DNA of 63,276 nt, filler included, from Pseudobdellovibrionaceae bacterium (GCA_030591685.1; 7 parts of 7 records of this genome joined end to end with filler, not necessarily neighbours in it), one strand, 5' to 3'; shown: positions 31,484 through 41,008, numbered from the whole stretch's first letter. The notes: generated by a model from the letters alone, not told the origin. Made by a program: numbers and translations.

Positions 31484-33328
31484 CTACTTAAACCATATTT
31501 TGTATTTCCCTACTCCGGAGTAAGAGGTGACTTTGTAGCGGTAAGTCCCAGGGACGCCCTGATATGCTATTTTCTCAGTTGATTTTAAGTTAATCGAGGC
31601 TGCCACTTTAACCCATTTGCCGCCCTGTAGCTGGTCAATGTATAGGTCAAAATCGGCTTCTAAGGGCCCCACAAGCCATACTTTATGCAAGCCCGTTGTG
31701 CTTTCAATTGTGCCCGCTCCCGGGTGAAGACCTACTTGTATATTAAAGTTTAACTCACCCTCTTGACCCACACAGTTAGTACAAGGGGACGGATCAATAA
31801 CCTCATAGTTTATTTTTAATGAAGCTTTTGAAAAATCTGAATACGCTCTTATCATCACATGCCAAACCCCTGCAGATGCCGATTCAAATTTGCAGACCTC
31901 ATTGTTACCCGCTTTATAGGGGCGACAATCATAATCAGACAAACTGGGTTTGGCGCCAAATTTAACATAAAGGTCTGCATCCCCGGTGCCCCCAGAGAGT
32001 TCATAAGTTAAGTTAACACTATTTAAGGGTACACTTATGGTATAAAATTTTTCACTACCCTTGTTGCCTGAAATATTATTCACCTCACTGCCATTAAATA
32101 GCTCTACTGGCCGGGCGCTGTTATTTTCATCGCCATCACCCACTTGAACAGTACTCATATTAACAAGTATGTTGGGCGAACCAGTACCTATGCCACTGAG
32201 TGTACCTGAAACACCTTGTGCATAGAGGCCTGCGGCCACCTCTGAGGGGGTTGCATTCGGGTGGGCCGAAAGAAGAAGTGCCGCCACGCCGGCAACATGG
32301 GGCGAGGCCATAGAGGTCCCACTAATTGTGTTTGTAGATTGTCTAGAGTTAATCCATGTGGATGTAACATCAGTACCGGGGGCAAAAATATTTACGCAAG
32401 CCCCGTAGTTTGAAAACGAAGAGCGAGCATCGTTGCCTGTAGTGCTGCCTACAGTAATGGCCTCACTCACCCTTGAGGGAGAACTACTGCAGGCCGAAGT
32501 GTTACTGTTACCAGCGGCCACAACAAACGTAACGCCCGCTTGAATCGCTGCTTTTACGGCATCATCGACGGCCTGTGATACCGGACCTCCTAAACTTAAG
32601 TTCGCCACAGCTGGGCTTATGTGGTTTTGATTCACCCACTCAATGCCCGCAATTACATCTGAGAACCGACCAGAACCCGCACAATCTAAAACTCTCACAC
32701 CATATATATTAACACTTTTCGCTACCCCGTAGCGGGCTCCACCAATTGTGCCCGCAACATGGGTGCCATGGCCATTGCAATCTGTTGAGTCGTAATCATT
32801 GTCAACAAAATCAAAGCCATGTTGAGCGCGACCCTCAAAGTCTGAGTGCTCTATATAAACTCCTGTATCTATAACATAGGCATTAACGTTTTCAGCTGAG
32901 AGCACATGGGTATAACTTTTATCTAAGGGTAGTTGTGCTTGATCTATACGGTCTAAACCCCATGTGGGGCTCGCTTGAACAGAATTAATAGTGACCACAT
33001 GATCCTCTTCAACGTACGCAACACTTGGCTCTAAACTCATTTGCTTAGCCTGTGCCAGTGTCATTTTATATACCCCACCCTGAAGGCCAAGGGAGAACGT
33101 CCGGTACACCTTCGCATCGTACTTTTTTGAAAGAGTCATCAATTGGCTCTGCGTTTGTTGCTTTAGTGTTAAGTTTAGGGGTTTTAATTTCGCGCCTAAG
33201 GCTCCTGATTTTAATACAACAATGTACTGTTGCACCTCTGGCTTTATAGGCACCTCAAGGTGGTCATCACTACAACCACCTAAAGTTATTAAGAAAATTA
33301 AAAATACTGCCTGCAAAAGAATGTTCAT
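31484..33328 (-). CDS. S8 subtilisin (proteinase K/aqualysin-like) lipoprotein with I9 propeptide and PPC domains
   Basis: LGGC lipobox; WGLDRIDQ, VIDTG, GHGTHVAG, SGTSMASPHVAG; GGTGDADLYV PPC domain; RBS supports ATG 33328. Confidence 0.95.
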   Translation of the reverse strand: MNILLQAVFLIFLITLGGCSDDHLEVPIKPEVQQYIVVLKSGALGAKLKPLNLTLKQQTQSQLMTLSKKYDAKVYRTFSLGLQGGVYKMTLAQAKQMSLEPSVAYVEEDHVVTINSVQASPTWGLDRIDQAQLPLDKSYTHVLSAENVNAYVIDTGVYIEHSDFEGRAQHGFDFVDNDYDSTDCNGHGTHVAGTIGGARYGVAKSVNIYGVRVLDCAGSGRFSDVIAGIEWVNQNHISPAVANLSLGGPVSQAVDDAVKAAIQAGVTFVVAAGNSNTSACSSSPSRVSEAITVGSTTGNDARSSFSNYGACVNIFAPGTDVTSTWINSRQSTNTISGTSMASPHVAGVAALLLSAHPNATPSEVAAGLYAQGVSGTLSGIGTGSPNILVNMSTVQVGDGDENNSARPVELFNGSEVNNISGNKGSEKFYTISVPLNSVNLTYELSGGTGDADLYVKFGAKPSLSDYDCRPYKAGNNEVCKFESASAGVWHVMIRAYSDFSKASLKINYEVIDPSPCTNCVGQEGELNFNIQVGLHPGAGTIESTTGLHKVWLVGPLEADFDLYIDQLQGGKWVKVAASINLKSTEKIAYQGVPGTYRYKVTSYSGVGKYKIWFK

Positions 33329-33620
33329 AAGCCCCCTCGAGGCCACATAGGCCCTCAACATCAGACTTCTCAAATAAAAAAGAGGTTAATAGAATTTTTT
33401 TATTTTTATAACCCCGTTTGCGCCCCTCTTTATCACTCGCTCAGATTAGGGCGACGATTACACGGCGTCACACACAGCAGCAAAGGCCCCCGGCGAGTGA
33501 GAGGTTACGGGTCTTTGATCTAAAAGGTCACAAGTGCAAGTTGTTTGTCTAATTCATATTTTTTATGTAGCAAATGGCTCTATAAAAAAATAGACTCTTA
33601 TTTTGACAAGCGAGGGTCTT

Positions 33621-34079
33621 ATGAAACGTATAAATTCAGTATTAATATTAATTTTTGTCACTCTTTTTTTGACGAGCTGTGAAAAAAGCGAAGAAGCCAT
33701 GGTGTTTACCCTGAGTGTCGAGTGCACGGCGGCCACTGATTGCGGTGATAACACGGCCAACGCTAAAACGCTCTCTGTTGCGGTTGTGGATGCTAGTCAA
33801 ACGTGCACCTCTCCGCCCTCCACATTTGTAGCTACAGGCACAGGCACTATACTTTGCGCCGCCGGAGTCTGCACCGCCAGTGTCACCGCGTGGACTGACG
33901 TCACTGCAACAGGGACACTAAGTATACTTGTCGCTATTGACACGGACTCAAACGGCACCGGCGGCGAGTTGAACGAGCCCATTGGCTGTCAGAACAATAT
34001 TAATTTCACAAGTGGTGAGACCGTTATAATGAATGAGGCCTCTATGGATGGGTCCGTGGGCTGGATTGATGGCACCTGA
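33621..34079 (+). CDS. Cys/Thr-rich lipoprotein
   Basis: MKRINSVLILIFVTLFLTSC lipobox; DTDSNG Ca-loop-like motif. Confidence 0.7.
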   Translation: MKRINSVLILIFVTLFLTSCEKSEEAMVFTLSVECTAATDCGDNTANAKTLSVAVVDASQTCTSPPSTFVATGTGTILCAAGVCTASVTAWTDVTATGTLSILVAIDTDSNGTGGELNEPIGCQNNINFTSGETVIMNEASMDGSVGWIDGT

Positions 34080-34276
34080 TGGGTGCCCACCGGCAACTAC
34101 GCCTCAAATTTTGACTGAATAGCCCTTAGGGGCTTTAAGTTTTGTGAGTTTTGTTTAAAAAATAATTAACCTTAAAATTAACTGCGCATGTCATACATCA
34201 CCCCAAGTGGCCGTTAACCCTGCTGCCTTATTCGTTTTTAGATGACTTCAGTTAACAAAACTATACTATCGCGTTT

Positions 34277-36013
34277 ATGTATACGCTCCGAGATTATCAG
34301 CAAAAAGCTGTGGATAAAACCATTCAATACTTTAAAAAAAAGCGTGACCCTGCTGTTATCGTTTTACCCACCGGTGCCGGGAAAAGCCTTGTTATTGCCG
34401 AGCTAGCTCGCATTGCAAAAGGGCGAGTGTTAGTATTGGCCCATGTTAAAGAATTAGTCGAGCAAAACCACTTAAAATATGAAAGCTATAACCTTAAAGC
34501 CGGCATTTACTCGGCAGGCCTGAATAAAAAAGACTCACAACAAAAGGTTATCTTTGGCAGTATTCAATCTGTTGCAAAAGCCAGTGATAGTTTTTTTAGC
34601 GGCTTTACTTTGCTTGTCATTGATGAGTGCCACCGTGTGAGCCTTGAGGCTGACTCTCAGTACGCTAAAGTGATTAAAAGCTTAAGGCAAAACAATAAAA
34701 ATATTTGCATACTGGGCCTAACAGCAACACCCTTTCGACTGGGGACCGGTTGGATTTATAACTACAACCATCGCGGGGTTGTTCAAACCAAAGAGCCTCG
34801 GTTTTTTAGTCACTGTGTATATGACTTACCCCTTCAGTACATGATTACTCATAAATACCTAACACCACCAATAAAAGTAGATATCCCTGTAACTTGTTAT
34901 GATTTTTCTGAACTCACTGAGTCTGGTAGAAACTATACCCTGGCGCAAATTGAAGAGCTGCTAAAGCAGCAGCGCCGACTCACCCCACTGATTATAAAAA
35001 ATATCATTGATATTACTGAAAATTATAACCGCAAGGGCGTGATGATTTTTAGTAGCACCATTAAGCACGCACACGAAATACTTGGTTGCCTGCCAAAAAA
35101 TGAATCGCGCATTATACTTGGAGAAACAGAAAACCACGAGCGGGACGAAATAATAAATGATTTTAAAAATAAAAAATTTAAATATCTCGTTAACGTCTCT
35201 GTACTAACAACAGGGTTTGATGCCCCCCATGTAGATGTTATCGCAATCTTACGACCCACAGAATCTATTAGCTTATACCAACAAATCATTGGCCGTGGCC
35301 TAAGGCTTGATAGCGAAAAGAAGGATTGCTTTGTGCTCGACTACACCGGCATGGGGCATGATATTTATAGCCCCGAAATTAATGATAAAAGGCCTGTCAC
35401 TGAGTCTGTTGCCGTACAGGTGTGCTGCCCCAAATGTGGTTTTGAAAACGATTTTTGGGGCCGAGTGGACACTGAGGGCAATGTCTCCGAGCACTTTGGC
35501 CGAAAGTGCCGAGGGGGCGTACAAAATCCTGAAACTTATGATTTTGAACCCTGTGGGTACAGATTTAGGTTTAAACTTTGTAACGAGTGCGGTAGTGAAA
35601 ACGATATCACAGCTCGCGAATGCCAAGCTTGTAAAAATGTTTTAATTGATGCGGATTCAAAATTAAAGCAAGCCAGGCTTTCTAAAAATGCCCATGTACT
35701 ACAGCCTGACTCTGTAGAAATGCAAGAGCGCTTTGATAAAAATGGCAACCCTTTTTTAGAAGTTAAGTACTATGACTACGACGCCCAATATTTAGCCGAA
35801 TACCATTACCTGAACAACCAAAATAGCCTTAAAAAATTTAATATTAACTTTTTAAGATCTCACCTGAAAAGACCCGAGCTCAACCTTAGTATAAAGTCTG
35901 TAAATGAAATCGTGAGCTCTAAAAACCACTTGCGTATGCCTTCATTTGTCATTGCCCGAAAGCAGGGTAAGTTTTGGAAAATCACAGAAAAAATTTTTGC
36001 AGAAGAATTTTAA
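34277..36013 (+). CDS. radD: RadD/YejH DNA repair helicase (SF2)
   Basis: [36 protein letters not shown], zinc CPKC...HFGRKC...C. Confidence 0.92.
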   Translation: MYTLRDYQQKAVDKTIQYFKKKRDPAVIVLPTGAGKSLVIAELARIAKGRVLVLAHVKELVEQNHLKYESYNLKAGIYSAGLNKKDSQQKVIFGSIQSVAKASDSFFSGFTLLVIDECHRVSLEADSQYAKVIKSLRQNNKNICILGLTATPFRLGTGWIYNYNHRGVVQTKEPRFFSHCVYDLPLQYMITHKYLTPPIKVDIPVTCYDFSELTESGRNYTLAQIEELLKQQRRLTPLIIKNIIDITENYNRKGVMIFSSTIKHAHEILGCLPKNESRIILGETENHERDEIINDFKNKKFKYLVNVSVLTTGFDAPHVDVIAILRPTESISLYQQIIGRGLRLDSEKKDCFVLDYTGMGHDIYSPEINDKRPVTESVAVQVCCPKCGFENDFWGRVDTEGNVSEHFGRKCRGGVQNPETYDFEPCGYRFRFKLCNECGSENDITARECQACKNVLIDADSKLKQARLSKNAHVLQPDSVEMQERFDKNGNPFLEVKYYDYDAQYLAEYHYLNNQNSLKKFNINFLRSHLKRPELNLSIKSVNEIVSSKNHLRMPSFVIARKQGKFWKITEKIFAEEF

Positions 36014-36096
36014 ACACACCTGTTGTATGTATATTATTGCTTATAAAAAAATAAACCGAAAACAGCGCGCCTGTTTTTATATAAAAAACTCTGCCT

Positions 36097-36645
36097 TTAT
36101 TGGGTTAACAAAATGAGTTCTTTTCGCGAGCATGACTTAATCACACCCCTCATTTGAGCCCACACCTTTGCCTTTACAAAGGAGCGCTTAATAACGTTTG
36201 CCAGTATAGGGTAATCACTCAGCGGCAAATTGCAGACGCTCACTTGAGGCCTTTGTTTATCGGGCCTCGTATAGCACTTAACGTGAGAGTTAAAGGCAAA
36301 CTGCTCTACCTCGTTACAAGACAACCTCTGGTCCTCAGATGCGGTTTGTTCACACCTCTTAGTATGCAATTTTTTTTGCAAACACAATGCGGCAGAACTC
36401 AGCCACACGTAGCCTTGTGAGCTAAAATCTATCCAAAGTCTTTTATCAAACAGTAATTTTGAACAGTATTTATAAGCAAACCCAATATAGTAGCCTTTAG
36501 GCCCACAGGCTTGATCCACCTCACGGTGAAGATAATAACTACAATCAATTATTTGTTCTGAAGGGGGGGCGAAGGAAAACCTCTCCTCAATGCCCTCACA
36601 AGTGGCGCTTGCACTGTGGCCACTAATGTTAAACATTATAATCAC
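36097..36645 (-). CDS. Cys-rich secreted protein, stanniocalcin-like
   Basis: C..Y...CG..GY....YKYC...FS..G..W......CLQ..L...C....AF.SH..CY...VC.L pattern; a hydrophobic signal-like stretch continues upstream of the GTG. Confidence 0.6.
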   Translation of the reverse strand: MIIMFNISGHSASATCEGIEERFSFAPPSEQIIDCSYYLHREVDQACGPKGYYIGFAYKYCSKLLFDKRLWIDFSSQGYVWLSSAALCLQKKLHTKRCEQTASEDQRLSCNEVEQFAFNSHVKCYTRPDKQRPQVSVCNLPLSDYPILANVIKRSFVKAKVWAQMRGVIKSCSRKELILLTQ

Positions 36646-36854
36646 TGCAAAAAAAACAGAACCTATCCTTTTTATCCTTTGTCCGCTGGACTGCGCCTTT
36701 TTAAAATATGTAATACCCGCCCCCTTAATTAAAAACTTTTATTTATTATCTGCCTTTAGCCGTATAAGTGAAATTTTAAACTAACCCACTTAAATAGGCG
36801 CAACAGGCTTTCAAAAATGATCAAAAAATTGACAGCTTAAAAAAGACATGCCTT

Positions 36855-37640
36855 TTAACGGCCCTCATCGTCAATGTCTGTCTGCGGAAAGAGCCCCGCA
36901 TTAAACCTATAAACCTCAGTGGCACCTTTGTTTTTTCGCCCTAAGTACATTGCTAATTCTCGTTGAAACTCATAAATCCGCCGCCTTGCCTCTGGCAGGT
37001 CCTCTGGGCTTGCTGCAATTGTAAAGCCGACCTGGCATTGTTTTTCGGGCGAGTTATTTTTTAATGAATCGTCTTGGCGCTTTAAATTTTGAGAGAAAAC
37101 TTTAATTATACTTTTTGCCTTGTCTCTGTTGCCTAATGTAGTCGTCCCTGTTTCGGTGGCTCTCCACTGGCCCTTTGTTATTTTTAATTCTCCGAAACTT
37201 ACAAGCACCTCTACAGTTGATTTAATTTTTTCTTCGGATACCCCCAGTGTCTGGGCGACCCATCCCACATCAGACTTAAACCCATCAACAGAGGTTAGCT
37301 CTAGTAGGCTATCAAAGTACCAAGCGTCTGCGTTTTCAATCCTGTCATTAGAAATTTTTTGATAGGCATTGGGGTTTATAGAGTGAGCCTCGAGAAGTGC
37401 AAGTTTATTTTTCTTCTGAATTTCTAATTTATCTAAAATAGACTCAACGGCCTTTGCCGATAACCTTCTTCTACCGGAGATAACTTCACTTAATGCCGAG
37501 TGGTTGACCCCCAGTTGACTCGCAAAAGCCCTCAAAGAGTACTTTGGGTTGTTAGCTTGTCTTGTGCTTAGCTCCTCTTTAAGTAAATCCCTCAAAGTTT
37601 GCTTTAGATACGGCTCATAGCCAAAAGTTACGTTTTCCAT
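36855..37640 (-). CDS. TIGR02147 family protein (HTH plus DUF4423)
   Basis: R...NPKYSLRAFA.QLG....LSE...GRRRLS; WY...LLEL; EVYRFN.GLFP. Confidence 0.88.
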   Translation of the reverse strand: MENVTFGYEPYLKQTLRDLLKEELSTRQANNPKYSLRAFASQLGVNHSALSEVISGRRRLSAKAVESILDKLEIQKKNKLALLEAHSINPNAYQKISNDRIENADAWYFDSLLELTSVDGFKSDVGWVAQTLGVSEEKIKSTVEVLVSFGELKITKGQWRATETGTTTLGNRDKAKSIIKVFSQNLKRQDDSLKNNSPEKQCQVGFTIAASPEDLPEARRRIYEFQRELAMYLGRKNKGATEVYRFNAGLFPQTDIDDEGR

Positions 37641-37683
37641 GAAACCCCCAAATTACCGTTAGAAGTACACAAAACTTAGTGTG

Positions 37684-37704
37684 TGGTCCAATGATTTTGG
37701 ACCA
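37684..37704. promoter_or_regulatory. Perfect palindrome (candidate operator)
   Basis: TGGTCCAA-N5-TTGGACCA between divergent genes. Confidence 0.55.
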
Positions 37705-37780
37705 TTTTAGGAAAAAACCCATTAATAATCAGCGCACCACAGGCAATAATACTAAAATAACTATTGCAGGAGTATGAATT

Positions 37781-38686
37781 ATGATTAAAGCCAACTTAAA
37801 GCTTTTGGGTGCGGTCCTACAAAACACGCTGTCGAAAGCAGTTTTTCTTCGTACGCCCGAACCCGAGGTATTAATAACTGATCCTTTATCCGTCTCAGAA
37901 TACGCGAAAGCAGAAGAAACAAATATGTCAGTCATCTATGCTATGAGCCTAGATTACATACACCGCATAGTCCCTCAAGAGATAAGAGATAAGGCTATTG
38001 ATCTCTGTTGCGGGCCCGGCGTTTGCACCTCCAAAATATCCTCTCTTCTAGAGTTTAACGACGTAATCGGCGTCGATCTCTCAGAACCAATGCTTAATTC
38101 CGCCAGAAAAAACTATGCCTTAAAAACTGAAAGCTCTAACCTTTCATTTAAAAAACTTGATATTACAAAGTTAGACAGCGTTTATGAAAAAGCTCAGTTT
38201 AACTTGGTCACTTTTATGTGTGCGGCTCATCACTTTCAGACGCTACAAGACGTCAGATCTGTTATTTCACAAGCAGAAAATGTGTGTACAGATAACGGAT
38301 ATATTATCATCATTGACCTCGCCCGGCTTAAAACAAAACAAGTTACTGATAAATACATTCAGCTGATGGGTGAGGATTATTTAAAATCTGGCTACACGAG
38401 CTTTTACAATGAATTTAAAAACTCAATGTATGCCGCGTGGACCACTGAAGAGTTAGCGAGCTGCGTAAGCCCAGACACTCGTAAGAAATGGTATCAATTA
38501 AGCCCTATGGGGCTACCAACACTTCAACTCATCGTGGGTATCCCGCCTAAAAAATCAGTCTTTAACAATCCTCCACTGTCACAAACTGTTATAAAAAAGA
38601 TACTCAGCAAAGAGCCCTTTCCGCAGTGGTCCTATAAAGCATTAACCAGAGCTCTTACCTTTTCTAAATTGAAAACCTTAAACTAA
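37781..38686 (+). CDS. Class I SAM-dependent methyltransferase
   Basis: RTPEPE, IDLCCGPG, GVDLSEPML, AHH, IIDLAR. Confidence 0.88.
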   Translation: MIKANLKLLGAVLQNTLSKAVFLRTPEPEVLITDPLSVSEYAKAEETNMSVIYAMSLDYIHRIVPQEIRDKAIDLCCGPGVCTSKISSLLEFNDVIGVDLSEPMLNSARKNYALKTESSNLSFKKLDITKLDSVYEKAQFNLVTFMCAAHHFQTLQDVRSVISQAENVCTDNGYIIIIDLARLKTKQVTDKYIQLMGEDYLKSGYTSFYNEFKNSMYAAWTTEELASCVSPDTRKKWYQLSPMGLPTLQLIVGIPPKKSVFNNPPLSQTVIKKILSKEPFPQWSYKALTRALTFSKLKTLN

Positions 38687-38892
38687 GGGTGCCTCTTTTT
38701 TTTAATTTGCCTTTGAGGTATTCGAGGATGTGTTCTCACATGCCCTCTGCGCCATCGCCTAATCACTCGATCTTCTTTATCTCAAAATGAGGCGTGTTTT
38801 GCCCTCTTTTTTGAAAGCTTCGGTGTTTAGTACTATAATATAAGATCGCTAAATAAAAAGTGAGTTAATCATCAAAAGTTAAAGGGTTAATC

Positions 38893-39594
38893 GTGAAGAG
38901 TGTTCTCATTATACCAGCACTATTTTTTTTAGTGATCCCCTTTCAAAACTGTACACCTGTACACGAGGAGATTTTAGCACTGCCATCAATTGGGACGTCA
39001 GAAATTATTGACTCCGCAATCAGTATTCAATTGTTTGAAACCACGCTCTTTCCGATTTTACGTCAACAGTGTGCGAGCTGTCATGGGACGAACACACAGC
39101 CCCTTCACTCTGTTAGTAATGCTACTGACTCCCACAACACTATTGTTTACTTATCCTTAGTGGACTTTACTACAATCAGTAACTCTCGCCTTTCTGTTAA
39201 CATTAAAAATGGTCACCAAGGTATTTCTAATACACTTCACGTAAGTATTGAGGCTGCAATTACAGGTTGGCTCAATGGACTTGTAAGTGCAGGTATCTCA
39301 CCTGACGCACCGGCAGCCTCAAAATTAGAGGCCACATTTTCATCCATTCATTCTTTAATTTTAACCCCTAAGTGTTTGAATTGCCATAACCCTGGGGGAG
39401 TACGCCCTTCCGAGAATTATACGGATTACCAATCAACCCTTGATACGGGCAAGGTAACCGCATTTGATGCAAGTAACAGTGGCCTGTATTTAGAGTGCTT
39501 AAGTGGCGAAATGCCCGAGGGTGCCCCGGCACTCTCTCCAGAAGAGCTCGCGGCAATTATTGACTGGATCAATCAAGGCGCTCTTAATAATTAA
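38893..39594 (+). CDS. Diheme c-type cytochrome lipoprotein
   Basis: FQNC lipobox; CASCH and CLNCH; GEMP...LS.EE...I.DWI.QGA planctomycete-cytochrome-like C-domain. Confidence 0.8.
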   Translation: MKSVLIIPALFFLVIPFQNCTPVHEEILALPSIGTSEIIDSAISIQLFETTLFPILRQQCASCHGTNTQPLHSVSNATDSHNTIVYLSLVDFTTISNSRLSVNIKNGHQGISNTLHVSIEAAITGWLNGLVSAGISPDAPAASKLEATFSSIHSLILTPKCLNCHNPGGVRPSENYTDYQSTLDTGKVTAFDASNSGLYLECLSGEMPEGAPALSPEELAAIIDWINQGALNN

Positions 39595-39706
39595 ATTGTA
39601 AGTATTAATCGGCGATCTCGTTTAGTTTATAATTTTCACTTATTTTTGTAAAAAGTGAAAACTAACAATCCTTTTTTAACCACAAGACAAGGCGAAGACT
39701 ACGAGC

Positions 39707-39830
39707 TTCATGTCGGGCTCCGGCCCTCCACTCTTCGGGCCGCTCACTGGCGTTTTCATCTCTCCCTCCACATCGGGATTAGGAGTTCTTTTGTAATTCA
39801 ATTAGTTTTAGTATTTGAAATTAATGGTGC
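39707..39830 (-). repeat. tRNA-derived structured repeat, copy 2 (internally deleted)
   Basis: Direct repeat of 40620-40790 lacking 47 nt between two CGTT microhomologies. Confidence 0.9.
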
Positions 39831-39997
39831 AAGAGAAGTATTGGAATTACAAACTGAGTGTTCTCGGTGGGCAGTTTAGAGGAAATTTCGAAAAGCACGT
39901 ATCCATGACTACACAATCATAATACCAAATCACAGGCCCGACACAATATGCGCAGCGTATTGTGAATGGGTTAATTCTACACCACCATTAATAATTA

Positions 39998-40519
39998 ATG
40001 GGGATGTCTATGATACGAAACTTAACGAGAGCAGACTTTAATGAATACTATCGAGTCAGATTAAAAGGCCTACAAGAATATCCTGTGGCATATTCCTCAA
40101 TGCCAGAGTTTTTTATAAATGCATCTCAAAAAATGCATGATGATCTTCTAGATGATAGCGCCAGTGATTCAAGTTTTTCTCTTAAAGGCTATTTTGAAAA
40201 TGAAAAACTGTTAGGGTTGGCCGGACTGAAACCCGAAACGAGACAGTGTGTAGACCATAAAGCGTCCCTGTGGGGGCTCTATGTGGATCAGGACTATCAA
40301 CGAAATAAAATTGGATCCAAATTAATTCATGCATTATTGATAGATGCGATTAAAGACAAGAAATTGAGACACATTAGGCTGGCAGCATCTGTTTCATGCA
40401 AAAATGCTGTTGATTTGTTTTATAAAACCGGTTTTGAAAAATATGGCCTCGAACGAAATAGTATTCGTGAGGGTTCAATTTTTCATGATCAGGTTTATAT
40501 GCAAATTAGTTGTGTCTAG
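39998..40519 (+). CDS. GNAT acetyltransferase
   Basis: RL.GL...P.AY.S, HKASLWGLYV...YQRNKIG, A..LFY..GF..YG.E. Confidence 0.9.
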   Translation: MGMSMIRNLTRADFNEYYRVRLKGLQEYPVAYSSMPEFFINASQKMHDDLLDDSASDSSFSLKGYFENEKLLGLAGLKPETRQCVDHKASLWGLYVDQDYQRNKIGSKLIHALLIDAIKDKKLRHIRLAASVSCKNAVDLFYKTGFEKYGLERNSIREGSIFHDQVYMQISCV

Positions 40520-40601
40520 TCCGCAGGTGCTTACGTATTGTTTCTGTTACTCGAACCAAAAAACATTAAAGAATTTAGAACGTTATTAGCATAACTGTAT
40601 T

Positions 40602-40784
40602 TGGCTAAAAAGGGAGAGATTCATGTCGGGCTCCGGCCCTCCACCCTTCGGGCAGCTCACTAGCGTTCGCCGTGCAAAAATAGCTTCCTGCTATTTTTGT
40701 CGAACTCTAACGTTCTCTTCTCTCCCTTTACATCGGGATTAAGAGTTCTTTTGTGGTTCAATTTGTTTTAGTTTTTGAAATTAA
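40602..40784 (-). repeat. tRNA-derived structured repeat, copy 3 (full length, abuts the tRNA-Ser 3' end)
   Basis: In tRNA orientation: spacer, GAGTTCGA, multi-hairpin insert, AATCTCTCCCT...GCCA; 11-bp closing stem 40609-40619/40719-40729. Confidence 0.9.
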
Positions 40785-40876
40785 TGGCGGAGAGGGAGAG
40801 ATTCGAACTCTCGGTACACCCTTAAGTGTACGGAGGATTAGCAATCCCCTGGTTTCAGCCACTCACCCACCTCTCC
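40785..40876 (-). tRNA. tRNA-Ser (GCU)
   Basis: GGAGAGGTGGGTGAGTGGCTGAAACC AGGGGA TTGCTAA TCCTC, long variable arm, GAGAGTTCGAATCTCTC CCTCTCCGCCA. Confidence 0.95.
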
Positions 40877-40908
40877 GTAAAAGCGTGCTTAATTGCTGAA
40901 TTATTTTG

Positions 40909-41008
40909 NNNNNNNNNNNNNNNNNNNNNNNNNNNNNNNNNNNNNNNNNNNNTTAATTAATTAANNNNNNNNNNNNNNNNNNNNNNNNNNNNNNNNNNNN
41001 NNNNNNNN
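40909..41008. other. Artificial contig linker
   Basis: N44-TTAATTAATTAA-N44. Confidence 0.97.

Noticed and set aside
33411..33512. SRP RNA or c-di-GMP-I riboswitch identity for the GC-rich hairpin
   Set aside because: AGCAGC and GGGCGCAAA fragments occur, but the SRP GNRA tetraloop helix and the riboswitch P2/P3 arms are missing.
39655..39879. ORFs 39655-39879 and 8352-8549
   Set aside because: Translations of the non-coding repeat element; the second also runs into a linker.
39707..40784. Direct repeats as a CRISPR array or IS ends
   Set aside because: Units exceed 120 nt, only two are local, the spacer is gene-sized, and there are no cas genes, transposase or terminal inverted repeats.
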